Positions 40,808 through 48,273 are shown, numbered from the stretch's first letter. The stretch is 64,000 nucleotides of DNA from an uncultured virus (IMG/VR IMGVR_UViG_3300032668_000011) (IMGVR_UViG_3300032668_000011:1-64000), one strand, 5' to 3'. The notes: a model not told the origin generated them from the letters alone. Program-made: numbers and translations.

Positions 40808-41343
40808 CTGCTTCTTGTGACCTCTTCGCAAACGCTGACGTCATCTTCTTCATCGAGTTCCGTCGCCATGAGCGCCTGGATCCTCGAACCGTCGCCCCAA
40901 TGGATCTTGGCAACGTTGTCAGTCGCGTTGTGACAGTGACCGTGTGTGTAAGCAGTCAGAAGGTTGCTGTTCTTCATGCCTGCCTTCTGGCAGGCGGCAA
41001 TGCTTTCGTCGAGATGGTGCAATGCGACGGCGGCTTGCTTCGAGACGTCAGGTGAACACAAAGCTGCTTTTTCTTGATCGTTGAACGGGTGGACCTGGAA
41101 TGCGCCGAGTGCCTCGCCATGATCGCCTCTGACCTTGCATGAAACTACATCATCACGCCACCCACCGGTTTCCCATCGAGCGATCTTGATCAAGGTCTCG
41201 ACCTTCTGAGGATCTGTCGTCGTTTGCACGATCGCATCGACGACATTTGTCATCGTGTGAAAATCGTAAGGACCCCAGTTAGAATTCCACGTGCTGTCTG
41301 TCAGGTTCATTGCGAAGATGAGGGCTGCCGTGGCTAGATTCAT
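40804..41343 (-). CDS. Lysozyme / lytic transglycosylase-like protein
   Basis: ARWETGG..GDHGEALGAFQV pattern; hydrophobic N-terminus. Confidence 0.55.
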   Translation of the reverse strand: MNLATAALIFAMNLTDSTWNSNWGPYDFHTMTNVVDAIVQTTTDPQKVETLIKIARWETGGWRDDVVSCKVRGDHGEALGAFQVHPFNDQEKAALCSPDVSKQAAVALHHLDESIAACQKAGMKNSNLLTAYTHGHCHNATDNVAKIHWGDGSRIQALMATELDEEDDVSVCEEVTRSR

Positions 41344-41448
41344 TCTTGTGTAGACTCCATGATGCCGGCGAGATAGGTGCCGACACCCCGTCATTATACT
41401 TCACCTGTAAAAAATGTTTCACTGCCATGTGTTCATGATGAATAATTG

Positions 41449-41522
41449 TCTCCTCGGTGGGATTCGAACCCACGACCTCCGGCTTCGCAGACCGGTGCTC
41501 TAATCCGCTGAGCTACGGGGAG
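41449..41522 (-). tRNA. tRNA-Arg(GCG)
   Basis: Loop CTGCGAA. Confidence 0.9.
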
Positions 41523-41991
41523 ATGATGTTATGAGCCTCCACGGGATATTCGCCTTGACGACGCGGTCTAGCATGTCTGCTGTTCCGCGACTGTCCTGGA
41601 CGTTATTGTGAAATGCTACGCAAACATCGATGGGCTCTTCTGCCTTGTGTTCTTTGTCAAGCATCTGCTGGTTTCTGATGGGACCCGCAGCGTTCTTGAA
41701 CTGAATCCAATCAGCAGGATACGCTCTGACCTCAAAGTCCAACGCTTCTGCAACTGCAGCACAGATGATGTCCGCACCCTTGCATGCACCGTGAACTAGG
41801 ATTGTGCCGGGCCTGTAGCCCTTCAGAACCTCAACGACTGAGGTGATGTCTGACCACTCCCTGTCACCGGTGACGAGAATTTTCTTGATGATCGTCTCGG
41901 AAGGTATGGTTCGACGCTCCTCATCGTCACGACGCTCGTGATAACGACGTTCGACTTTCTCACGACGAATTTTGCCTGTTCTTTGTTTCAT
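41500..41991 (-). CDS. SLOG / YspA-like (DUF2493) protein
   Basis: ILVTGDR, VHGACKGAD, YPADW, AAGPIRNQQML, SRGT. Confidence 0.85.
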   Translation of the reverse strand: MKQRTGKIRREKVERRYHERRDDEERRTIPSETIIKKILVTGDREWSDITSVVEVLKGYRPGTILVHGACKGADIICAAVAEALDFEVRAYPADWIQFKNAAGPIRNQQMLDKEHKAEEPIDVCVAFHNNVQDSRGTADMLDRVVKANIPWRLITSSPRSSAD

Positions 41992-42068
41992 GGTCTCCCT
42001 GGAGGGATTCGAACCCCCGACCTTCACGTTCGTAGCGTGCTGCTCTGTCCGGGCTGAGCTACAAGGAG
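41991..42068 (-). tRNA. tRNA-Arg(ACG)
   Basis: Loop CTACGAA, CCA encoded. Confidence 0.9.
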
Positions 42069-42075
42069 ATGATTT

Positions 42076-42282
42076 TCAACGAATGTCGAGTTCAGAAAGT
42101 TTGACACAACTAACGTCGCCGTCGGAGTGGTACCACCCGTCTTCTGACCATTCAACGATGACGTATTCTGGGCCTTTCTTCGAAAGGGCGATGATCGTGC
42201 AACCACCGACCTGTTTAGGTCCACAGCACAAATCACGTAGGAATGCATGTTGACCGATGAGCGTCTTTTTCTTGCCTAACAT
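42076..42282 (-). CDS. Small hypothetical protein
   Basis: ATG 6 nt after a GTGTAA-N18-TACGAT promoter. Confidence 0.55.
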   Translation of the reverse strand: MLGKKKTLIGQHAFLRDLCCGPKQVGGCTIIALSKKGPEYVIVEWSEDGWYHSDGDVSCVKLSELDIR

Positions 42283-42325
42283 GTGACGATCGTACATCAT
42301 CAGACAGATGAATTACACTCTTGCG

Positions 42326-42350
42326 TCCTGGTGATGGGATTCGGACCCAC
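42326..42350 (-). pseudogene. Orphan tRNA 3' fragment (T-arm plus acceptor strand)
   Basis: GTGGG-TCCGAAT-CCCAT-CACCAGG with no 5' half. Confidence 0.55.
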
Positions 42351-42386
42351 TACCATTTACGTGACACGTGTTGTATATTCGTATAC

Positions 42387-42947
42387 ATGAACACTTGCCT
42401 AGAATGTCACACAGATACGTATAACGCTATGTTTTGTTCACGAAAATGTGCGGTTACGTTCAATAATCGTGGTGTTCAACACAACAAGGTCAAACCAAGA
42501 AATTGCGCAAAGTGCGGTGACGTTTATTTCAACGTTTGCGGTCGACGTTCTCGCCTCTGCGTGAAATGCAGAGAAGAATTTGATAACAGAAGCGATGAGA
42601 TTGACAATCGAACGTTGCGTTTCTATTGGGATAAGACAGGGCAAATAAGCTCTCCTGCAACGTTTCACGAGGTACGACATCACGCCAACAGGCGAAACAA
42701 ACACCGTCTTCAAGCATGTCAACGATGTGGTTATTCAAAACACATCGAGTATGCACACATCAAACCCATAATCAGCTTTGATCTTGATACACCGATCAAG
42801 ATCGTCAACGCTGAATCGAACATTCTGCTCTTGTGTCCAAATTGTCATTGGGAATTTGATAATGGACATCTAAAACTTGTGCCGGGAATGGGACTCGAAC
42901 CCACGCATGTCACTGCTTATGAAACAGCCGCTCTGCCTCTGAGCTAA
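42387..42947 (+). CDS. HNH endonuclease, inverted relative to the array
   Basis: FCSRKC, CQRCG..AHIKPI..NILLLCPNCHWEFD; AT-rich. Confidence 0.85.
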   Translation: MNTCLECHTDTYNAMFCSRKCAVTFNNRGVQHNKVKPRNCAKCGDVYFNVCGRRSRLCVKCREEFDNRSDEIDNRTLRFYWDKTGQISSPATFHEVRHHANRRNKHRLQACQRCGYSKHIEYAHIKPIISFDLDTPIKIVNAESNILLLCPNCHWEFDNGHLKLVPGMGLEPTHVTAYETAALPLS

Positions 42948-42953
42948 CCCGGC
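42880..42953 (-). tRNA. tRNA-Met/Ile2(CAT)
   Basis: Loop TTCATAA; no initiator features. Confidence 0.8.
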
Positions 42954-43060
42954 ATGATGGGACGTAACCACCACGCCCCCACCACATTCTCGCTTTCACC
43001 TTCAACGTTGGTGTACGTTTTCCGCATATTCAATTTGCGAATCAGACGGTTACTCGCTCG

Positions 43061-43143
43061 TACACCCAGAGGGACTCGAACCCCCACGCCCTTTCGGGCA
43101 CTGCAGCCTAAGTGCAGCACGTCTACCATTCCGCCATGAGTGC
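43061..43143 (-). tRNA. tRNA-Leu(TAG)
   Basis: Loop CTTAGGC, V-arm. Confidence 0.9.
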
Positions 43144-43238
43144 ATGCAGGGGATTCTATGAACCCCTGTCAATGACGCGATCATCCGTTGTCATTAACTA
43201 GCGACGATCATTGTCGATGATGACGATCGTCGTTATTG

Positions 43239-43311
43239 TGCCCCCGGAAGGAATTGCACCTTCGACATCCGGTTTCGAAGACCGGCGTTCTTTCTGCTGA
43301 ACTACGGGGGC
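43239..43311 (-). tRNA. tRNA-Arg(TCG)
   Basis: Loop CTTCGAA. Confidence 0.85.
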
Positions 43312-43312
43312 G

Positions 43313-43660
43313 TGGGTGGTACGTAAGCGGGATTTTGTCTAGGATGATCATTCCTCTGTGATGTGTGTCACCACACATCTATAGCAACAACCCGCATGCT
43401 CGGGCGAACAGCCCTCAAACGCACACTGTTTGTCTTGCTCCGGGAGGGACCCCTTACCGTCTGCATTGCTGCATTCGTGGTGGGCTCTTACTCCACCGTT
43501 TCACCATCACCTGATCCTCTTTTGTGAGGCCATCGGCTGTCTTTTCTCTGTTGAGTCTTCCGTCACCTTGCGATGCCCAGTCGTTAGCTGGTTCCCTGTT
43601 CTATGGAGTCCCGACTTTCCTCTGCGCGTATAGTACGCAGCGATCATCTTTCTCCACCCC
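43313..43660 (-). ncRNA. rnpB: RNase P RNA, bacterial type A
   Basis: GAGGAAAGTCGGG (CR-I), ACAGAGA, GGTGAAACGGTGG..TAAGAGC, GAGCAAG, ACAAAATCCCGCTTA (CR-V); P1 GGGTGG/CCACCC. Confidence 0.95.
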
Positions 43661-43662
43661 TG

Positions 43663-43745
43663 TGCCATCGGAGGGAATTGCACCCTCACACCCTCGCGGG
43701 CGCCGGAGTTTGAAACCGGTGTGTCTGCTGTTTCACCACGATGGC
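43663..43745 (-). tRNA. tRNA-Leu(CAA)
   Basis: Loop TTCAAAC, V-arm. Confidence 0.85.
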
Positions 43746-43859
43746 ATTACTTTTTCGTTTAGATTCTGAAATTTGTTTTCGAGTTTCAATTGTATGTTTT
43801 CTTCCTCGAAATCTGTGTGTTCCGGTGATAGAGTGACAATTAGGACACAAATATTCGAG
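43746..43859 (-). pseudogene. C-terminal remnant of an HNH-NUMOD3 endonuclease
   Basis: Translates LEYLCPNCHSITGTHRFRGRKHTIETRKQISESKRK. Confidence 0.75.
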
Positions 43860-44346
43860 GCTTGCCCGATCCCACCCATGCGTTGATTTTCACTTTTTCC
43901 CATTGTTCTGGTGGACTACCGTTCTTGCCTAGCTGCAGGATGTTCATTGTCCTGTGCCAACCTTCGTACAATTCGTACCCGTCCACCCTCTTGATCACGA
44001 TGATCGGTTCGTTCTTTCCTGTTGAGACCGCGAGTTCCTTGTGCCTTGCCATTCGTTCTTCGTCATTGTGAACTTCGTATGGATTTATCGCACCAAATTG
44101 TCTCTCGAGGATGCGCCTGCGTGTGTCTGGAGCGAAGTCACTCAAGTTGACTATGATGACCTGTTGATGCCAATTGAGGCGATCGAATGCCTTGTACAGG
44201 GGATGTTCACCCATCCCAGTCCTATAGAAATCGTGTAGTACGTATTCAGGGATGTTTGGGTACTTCCTGCGAAGTTCCTTGTAGAGACCTTTCCATCTCA
44301 TCTCAATGATCAGGCTGATCGCCTCACGAAGCAACGTCAACGACAT
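43840..44346 (-). CDS. ParB/Srx-like domain protein
   Basis: EPIIVI..YELYEGWHR. Confidence 0.65.
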   Translation of the reverse strand: MSLTLLREAISLIIEMRWKGLYKELRRKYPNIPEYVLHDFYRTGMGEHPLYKAFDRLNWHQQVIIVNLSDFAPDTRRRILERQFGAINPYEVHNDEERMARHKELAVSTGKNEPIIVIKRVDGYELYEGWHRTMNILQLGKNGSPPEQWEKVKINAWVGSGKPRIFVS

Positions 44347-44362
44347 GTCAGTAACTATTCTG

Positions 44363-44446
44363 TGTCATCGAGGGGACTCGAACCCCTACGGCCTTTCGGC
44401 CACAAGCACCTCAAGCTTGCGCGGCTACCAATTACGCCACGATGAC
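44363..44446 (-). tRNA. tRNA-Leu(GAG) copy 1
   Basis: Loop TTGAGGT, V-arm. Confidence 0.9.
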
Positions 44447-44526
44447 ATTGGAGGAGGGAATCTGGTCGCCTCCCTCCGAGGGCGTTTTATGCTGATCGTC
44501 AGCAATTTCTTGCCTCCCAGGCCAGG

Positions 44527-44609
44527 TGCTATCGAGGGGAGTTGCACCCCTACGCCCTTTTGGGCACAACGTTCTCACCGTTGCGTGACTGCTGTTCCAC
44601 CACGATAGC
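44527..44609 (-). tRNA. tRNA-Leu(GAG) copy 2 (divergent)
   Basis: Loop GTGAGAA; D and T loops like Leu(CAG). Confidence 0.8.
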
Positions 44610-44621
44610 GTGTGATGTCTG

Positions 44622-44696
44622 TGACCCCAACGGGATTCGAACCCGTGTTCCCTGCTTGAAAGGCAGGTCGCCTAGGCCTCTAGCATTGATGGGGCC
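44622..44696 (-). tRNA. tRNA-Glu(TTC)
   Basis: Loop CTTTCAA. Confidence 0.85.
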
Positions 44697-44823
44697 ATTT
44701 TCCACCTGCTACTGCTCAGCTTTTTTCGGCCTGCCGTAGCTTTCCGGGTGATGGAAACCGTTGATTTGGTGACAATGCGAAGTTCGTTTTCCGTTCAAAT
44801 TCGGTGTCCTTTCGCATTGTCGG

Positions 44824-44898
44824 GGTGACTGACGGGATTCGAACCCGCGAATATCCGATTCACAGTCGGACGCCTTAGGCCTCTTGGCTACAGCCACC
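44824..44898 (-). tRNA. tRNA-His(GTG)
   Basis: Loop CTGTGAA, G-1 and C73. Confidence 0.9.
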
Positions 44899-44906
44899 AT
44901 GAAACA

Positions 44907-45005
44907 CTACTTCTTCTTGTTCTTCTTTTCGAACTGATCCTTGTAGACGTACATTGCAACGACAACGATGACGACGGCTGCAGCAATCTTGAGTTTGTTG
45001 TTCAT
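44907..45005 (-). CDS. 32-aa single-pass membrane peptide
   Basis: MNNKLKIAAAVVIVVVAMYVYKDQFEKKNKKK, 6 nt after a promoter motif. Confidence 0.55.
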   Translation of the reverse strand: MNNKLKIAAAVVIVVVAMYVYKDQFEKKNKKK

Positions 45006-45046
45006 ATAGAGAACATACCACACCGGCTGGTGTTAGTACACTCAGG

Positions 45047-45118
45047 AGCTGACGAAGGGATTCGAACCCTCACACGGGACTTTACAGGAGTCCAACCCGA
45101 CCGTTGGGCGACATCAGC
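45047..45118 (-). tRNA. tRNA-Thr(TGT), C33
   Basis: GCTGATG acceptor, loop CCTGTAA. Confidence 0.75.
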
Positions 45119-45128
45119 ACGTACCTTT

Positions 45129-45198
45129 CACTTTCGCTCAGGACTTGAACCTGATCTTAGGCTTGGACAGCCCCGTGCAACCGTTACACTAGCCTCAA
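45129..45198 (-). pseudogene. Pseudo-tRNA (TCC loop, unpaired acceptor stem)
   Basis: D-, anticodon- and T-arms present; acceptor TTGAGGC/GCGAAAG mostly mismatched. Confidence 0.6.
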
Positions 45199-45212
45199 GA
45201 GTTACTCAGTCG

Positions 45213-45291
45213 TGGTCCCAGAGGGATTCGAACCCTCACGCATTCGCAGCGATTTTTAAGATCGCCGTGTCTACCGTTCCACCATGAGACC
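45213..45291 (-). tRNA. tRNA-Leu(TAA)
   Basis: Loop CTTAAAA. Confidence 0.9.
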
Positions 45292-45309
45292 AGGTTCATC
45301 TCTTTCACC

Positions 45310-45396
45310 TGCATTCGATGGGACTCGAACCCATAAGCCTCGTCAGAGGCGCCAGCCTTTTTGTCGGCCCGCGTATGCCATTTCCGCCACGAATAT
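45310..45396 (-). pseudogene. Leu-like tRNA with aberrant 8-nt anticodon loop
   Basis: Leu-type D loop and V-arm; loop GACAAAAA; A1-C72 mismatch. Confidence 0.6.
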
Positions 45397-45415
45397 TGAT
45401 GGTTACTTGAAACGG

Positions 45416-45488
45416 AGCGGATGACGGGATTCGAACCCGTGTGTCCAGAGTGGCGCTCTGGTGCCTGAAACCTCTCGGCCACACCCGC
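45416..45488 (-). tRNA. tRNA-Gly(GCC), C33
   Basis: Loop GCGCCAC, U73. Confidence 0.8.
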
Positions 45489-45489
45489 A

Positions 45490-45565
45490 TGGAGCTGACG
45501 ATGGGACTCGAACCCATGTGTTCCTCTTTACCGAAGAGGGGCGCCTGCCTCTGCGCTACGTCAGC
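45490..45565 (-). tRNA. tRNA-Thr(GGT), C33
   Basis: Loop TCGGTAA, CCA encoded. Confidence 0.85.
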
Positions 45566-45695
45566 GTTGAGTCGAGAGAGGGAGTCGGACCCACATGCCC
45601 TTCAGATGCCTACGACATCGTCCGGGCGGCCCGTGTTGGAACACGTGCTGTGCCTGCCGGTTACACCACTGAGGATCGTGCCTCAGGCCATGCGT

Positions 45696-46439
45696 TTACT
45701 GGGTCGGAGTCGAGAGTCGGACTTGAACCGACATACAGCTGTTTTGCAGACAGCTCGCTGAATCATTCGCGTACCTCGACGTAAATTGTGCAATTCTTTC
45801 TTGAAGTTGATCAATCGTGATCAATGATTTTGCATTCTTTCGTTGATTCTCTGTGTGACGAACTAGACGACAATTAGCAGGATGTGCTATCAACGTTGGA
45901 TCGATCCCGAATTTGAAACCATCAGCGATCGAAATCAGGTGATCACGTGACACTCCGTTCAAATTTCCTCCTCTGTTAGAGGCTGAATACCACCCGTATT
46001 GTTTAAGCAGATCAAGATCGAAATGCTCTGGGTAGTCATACACGTTGAACGTAAAGAGGCACAAGTACTTGTAACTCTCGCGTGAACTCCGTTGTTCGGC
46101 ATGAAATCCCTTGTAGCACTCTACGTTACAAAATCGATGCTTTTGACGTCCTCGACGGCCGTACACACGATTGGGTTTCCCACACAAGTCACACTTGAAA
46201 TCATGTCCGGTAAGCGATCTACCAACGCCCATACCCTTCCTAGGAGAAGGTCGACCCTTCATTGTTTGTCGCGTTTTTTCCCTTGATTCTGCGCTTTGAT
46301 GACGATGATGTGATGCGCAACTCTGTGTGCAGTGTTTGCGTCTCTTTGGAGATTTGAACTGCTTCTCAGTGAGAAGCAGTTCAAACGAACTACCGCATGG
46401 ACAGATGAACGCGTATGACTTACGTGATACCTGATACAC
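45696..46439 (-). CDS. HNH-like homing endonuclease with NUMOD3-like segment
   Basis: HQSAESREKTRQTMKG; SRDHLISI..HPANCRLV..N; reads through tRNA-Cys. Confidence 0.75.
   Translation of the reverse strand: MYQVSRKSYAFICPCGSSFELLLTEKQFKSPKRRKHCTQSCASHHRHQSAESREKTRQTMKGRPSPRKGMGVGRSLTGHDFKCDLCGKPNRVYGRRGRQKHRFCNVECYKGFHAEQRSSRESYKYLCLFTFNVYDYPEHFDLDLLKQYGWYSASNRGGNLNGVSRDHLISIADGFKFGIDPTLIAHPANCRLVRHTENQRKNAKSLITIDQLQERIAQFTSRYANDSASCLQNSCMSVQVRLSTPTQ
45708..45780 (-). tRNA. tRNA-Cys(GCA)
   Basis: Loop CTGCAAA, U73. Confidence 0.85.
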
Positions 46440-46469
46440 GTCAAATTGTAATCTGATGTACCAGATTGT

Positions 46470-46979
46470 TCAAGAAAGCGCTTCCCATTCTTGATTGATG
46501 TCATCCCATCGCATGATGCGATTGAGAAGCGTTATGTTTAGTCCATCAGTACGTTTGTCGTTTGGATCTGCGTACAATGTTGGGGGGTTGTCATCTTCAT
46601 CAACACGAAATTGCATTGTGTTCAGAAGCTCTTTGGGAGACATTCGTTGGGGTTGACCACCCAAGCTTCTTAGCATGACGATCCATCTCCTCGCAGCGTT
46701 TGGGAACATCATCAGTACCTGTTCGGGAGTTAGGATTCCTCCGTATGCCGGTGCAGTCGAAACGTTCGGTCCAGCGCTTCTTCCTCGAGGAGCCGGTTCC
46801 TTGTATGCATCCATGAACGCCTCACTGAGGCCTTCGACGTTGATGTCTCCCACACGAGCAGGATCGTCAAGATCTCGATCGTCTGCATCATCACGGCTGT
46901 TCGCACCACGTGGCAATCTTGCATGATCCGCGACCGCCTCACGGATTAGGCGCCTGAGCTGCTTCAAGGAAATCTTCAT
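46470..46979 (-). CDS. Hypothetical protein with LRRLIRE N-terminus
   Basis: ATACTTA motif 4 nt upstream. Confidence 0.65.
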   Translation of the reverse strand: MKISLKQLRRLIREAVADHARLPRGANSRDDADDRDLDDPARVGDINVEGLSEAFMDAYKEPAPRGRSAGPNVSTAPAYGGILTPEQVLMMFPNAARRWIVMLRSLGGQPQRMSPKELLNTMQFRVDEDDNPPTLYADPNDKRTDGLNITLLNRIMRWDDINQEWEALS

Positions 46980-46996
46980 GTCCTAAGTATTCGTTG

Positions 46997-47068
46997 TCCA
47001 CACAGTTGGAGTTGAACCAACACCTCCGGGGCTTCACTCCGGCGCGCGACCACCTACGCAATGTGTGG
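46997..47068 (-). tRNA. tRNA-Phe(GAA), atypical
   Basis: Loop GTGAAGC, C1-G72. Confidence 0.7.
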
Positions 47069-47072
47069 ATAG

Positions 47073-47145
47073 CGGTGAAGGTCGGAATTGAACCGACGCG
47101 ACCCTGCTCTTCAGGCAGGTGCTCTACCAACTGAGCTACTTCACC
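47073..47145 (-). tRNA. tRNA-Phe(GAA)
   Basis: Loop CTGAAGA, G73. Confidence 0.85.
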
Positions 47146-47152
47146 ATGTTTC

Positions 47153-47228
47153 TGGAGCTAGCAGTGGGAGTCGAACCCACGTGTTCCTCTTTACGGGAGA
47201 GGGGCGCCTGCCTCTGCGCTATGCTAGC
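47153..47228 (-). tRNA. tRNA-Thr(CGT), C33
   Basis: Loop CCCGTAA, CCA encoded; near-copy of Thr(GGT). Confidence 0.85.
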
Positions 47229-47236
47229 ATACGTTG

Positions 47237-47309
47237 TCAGGGTCGTGGGACTCGAACCCACATTCTCTCGCGTCCGAGGCGAGCGGGGCTCCATATCCCC
47301 TTCACCCTG
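47237..47309 (-). tRNA. tRNA-Pro(CGG)
   Basis: Loop CTCGGAC. Confidence 0.8.
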
Positions 47310-47310
47310 A

Positions 47311-47388
47311 TGGTCGGAATGGCGGGAGTTGAACCCACGATCTCTCGTCCCCCAGACGAGCGCGATAACCAGGCTTCGCTACATTCCG
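47311..47388 (-). tRNA. tRNA-Pro(GGG)
   Basis: Loop CTGGGGG, CCA encoded. Confidence 0.9.
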
Positions 47389-48173
47389 ATGATTGCTTTC
47401 GGGAATCTCTTCTTGGCGTATTCGAGCCACTCGTACCTCACCTGAACAAGTACGTTACGAATTTCGACTGCATCACAGCCTTTCTTGACCGCCGCCGTAG
47501 CGAGTTCATCAAGATGTTCATCGATGACCTTGATGAAGGGTCTCCGCGTACGCTTGGCGAGGTGATAAAATCCTGCGACGAACGCTTCTTTTTCTGCGTC
47601 AGAGAGCATGTACCTTGCGAAAGTCCTAGGACTGTTCCATACGCTGTCTGGGATTGACATCAAGTCCTGGCTAGCTTGAATTCCTCCGAGCAATTTTTCG
47701 TCCGACTGGACAGAGTGTTCAAACTCGTGCCTGATGACCTCGTACGATTGTTGCTGGATCATCGAGAGGTGTTGAGGCTTCATGATTCCTGTCGTTGAAT
47801 CGACAAAAATCTTGATGGAGAGCAGGTCCTTGATGGGAGACCATCCTCCTGATATTCCGACCTTGTCGACCGGAGCAGGCTTGTTGAGCAAGTAGATCAT
47901 TAGTTGCACCGTCATCGCAGGAGGTGCGTTCGGATCGGTTCCCAAGGCCCGTGATCTTTCACGACGACCTTCGGGTGTTCCGAACCAGTCCTGCCTCTTC
48001 ATGAATGCCGGCCACGACTGCAGGTACTTCATGTTGATGCCGCCTTGCTTGTTGACCTTGTCCATCACCTTCTTGCATGCACGGATCAATTTCTGCGTCA
48101 CCATCCTCGTGAACGAGTCGATCTTTGATTCTGCAAGAAGCTCAATGACGACCTGTTCGTACAACGTATGCAT
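47379..48173 (-). CDS. HExxH zincin-like protein
   Basis: RHEFEH..Y.LSDAEKEAF; ATAGTTA 5 nt upstream of ATG 48173. Confidence 0.6.
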   Translation of the reverse strand: MHTLYEQVVIELLAESKIDSFTRMVTQKLIRACKKVMDKVNKQGGINMKYLQSWPAFMKRQDWFGTPEGRRERSRALGTDPNAPPAMTVQLMIYLLNKPAPVDKVGISGGWSPIKDLLSIKIFVDSTTGIMKPQHLSMIQQQSYEVIRHEFEHSVQSDEKLLGGIQASQDLMSIPDSVWNSPRTFARYMLSDAEKEAFVAGFYHLAKRTRRPFIKVIDEHLDELATAAVKKGCDAVEIRNVLVQVRYEWLEYAKKRFPKAIIGM

Positions 48174-48194
48174 GAATGTAACTATTCTCATCTG

Positions 48195-48267
48195 TCGGGG
48201 TGGTGGGACTCGAACCCACGGCAGCCTGCTTGTAAGGCAGGTGATCTAGCCGCTGATCTACACCCCG
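48195..48267 (-). tRNA. tRNA-Val(TAC)
   Basis: Loop CTTACAA. Confidence 0.85.
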
Positions 48268-48273
48268 ATTGTG

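Noticed and set aside
45047..45118. Reading this tRNA as Tyr(GTA)
   Set aside because: The 5-bp stem centres TGT, the acceptor is Thr-like, there is no long V-arm, and C33 is shared with the other Thr tRNAs
45569..45780. tmRNA or HDV-like (theta) ribozyme
   Set aside because: No G3-U70 alanine acceptor or tag ORF; I could not build the HDV nested double pseudoknot by hand
35629..46439. Group I introns carrying the endonucleases
   Set aside because: Flanking tRNAs are uninterrupted and no intron core elements were recognised; the endonucleases look free-standing
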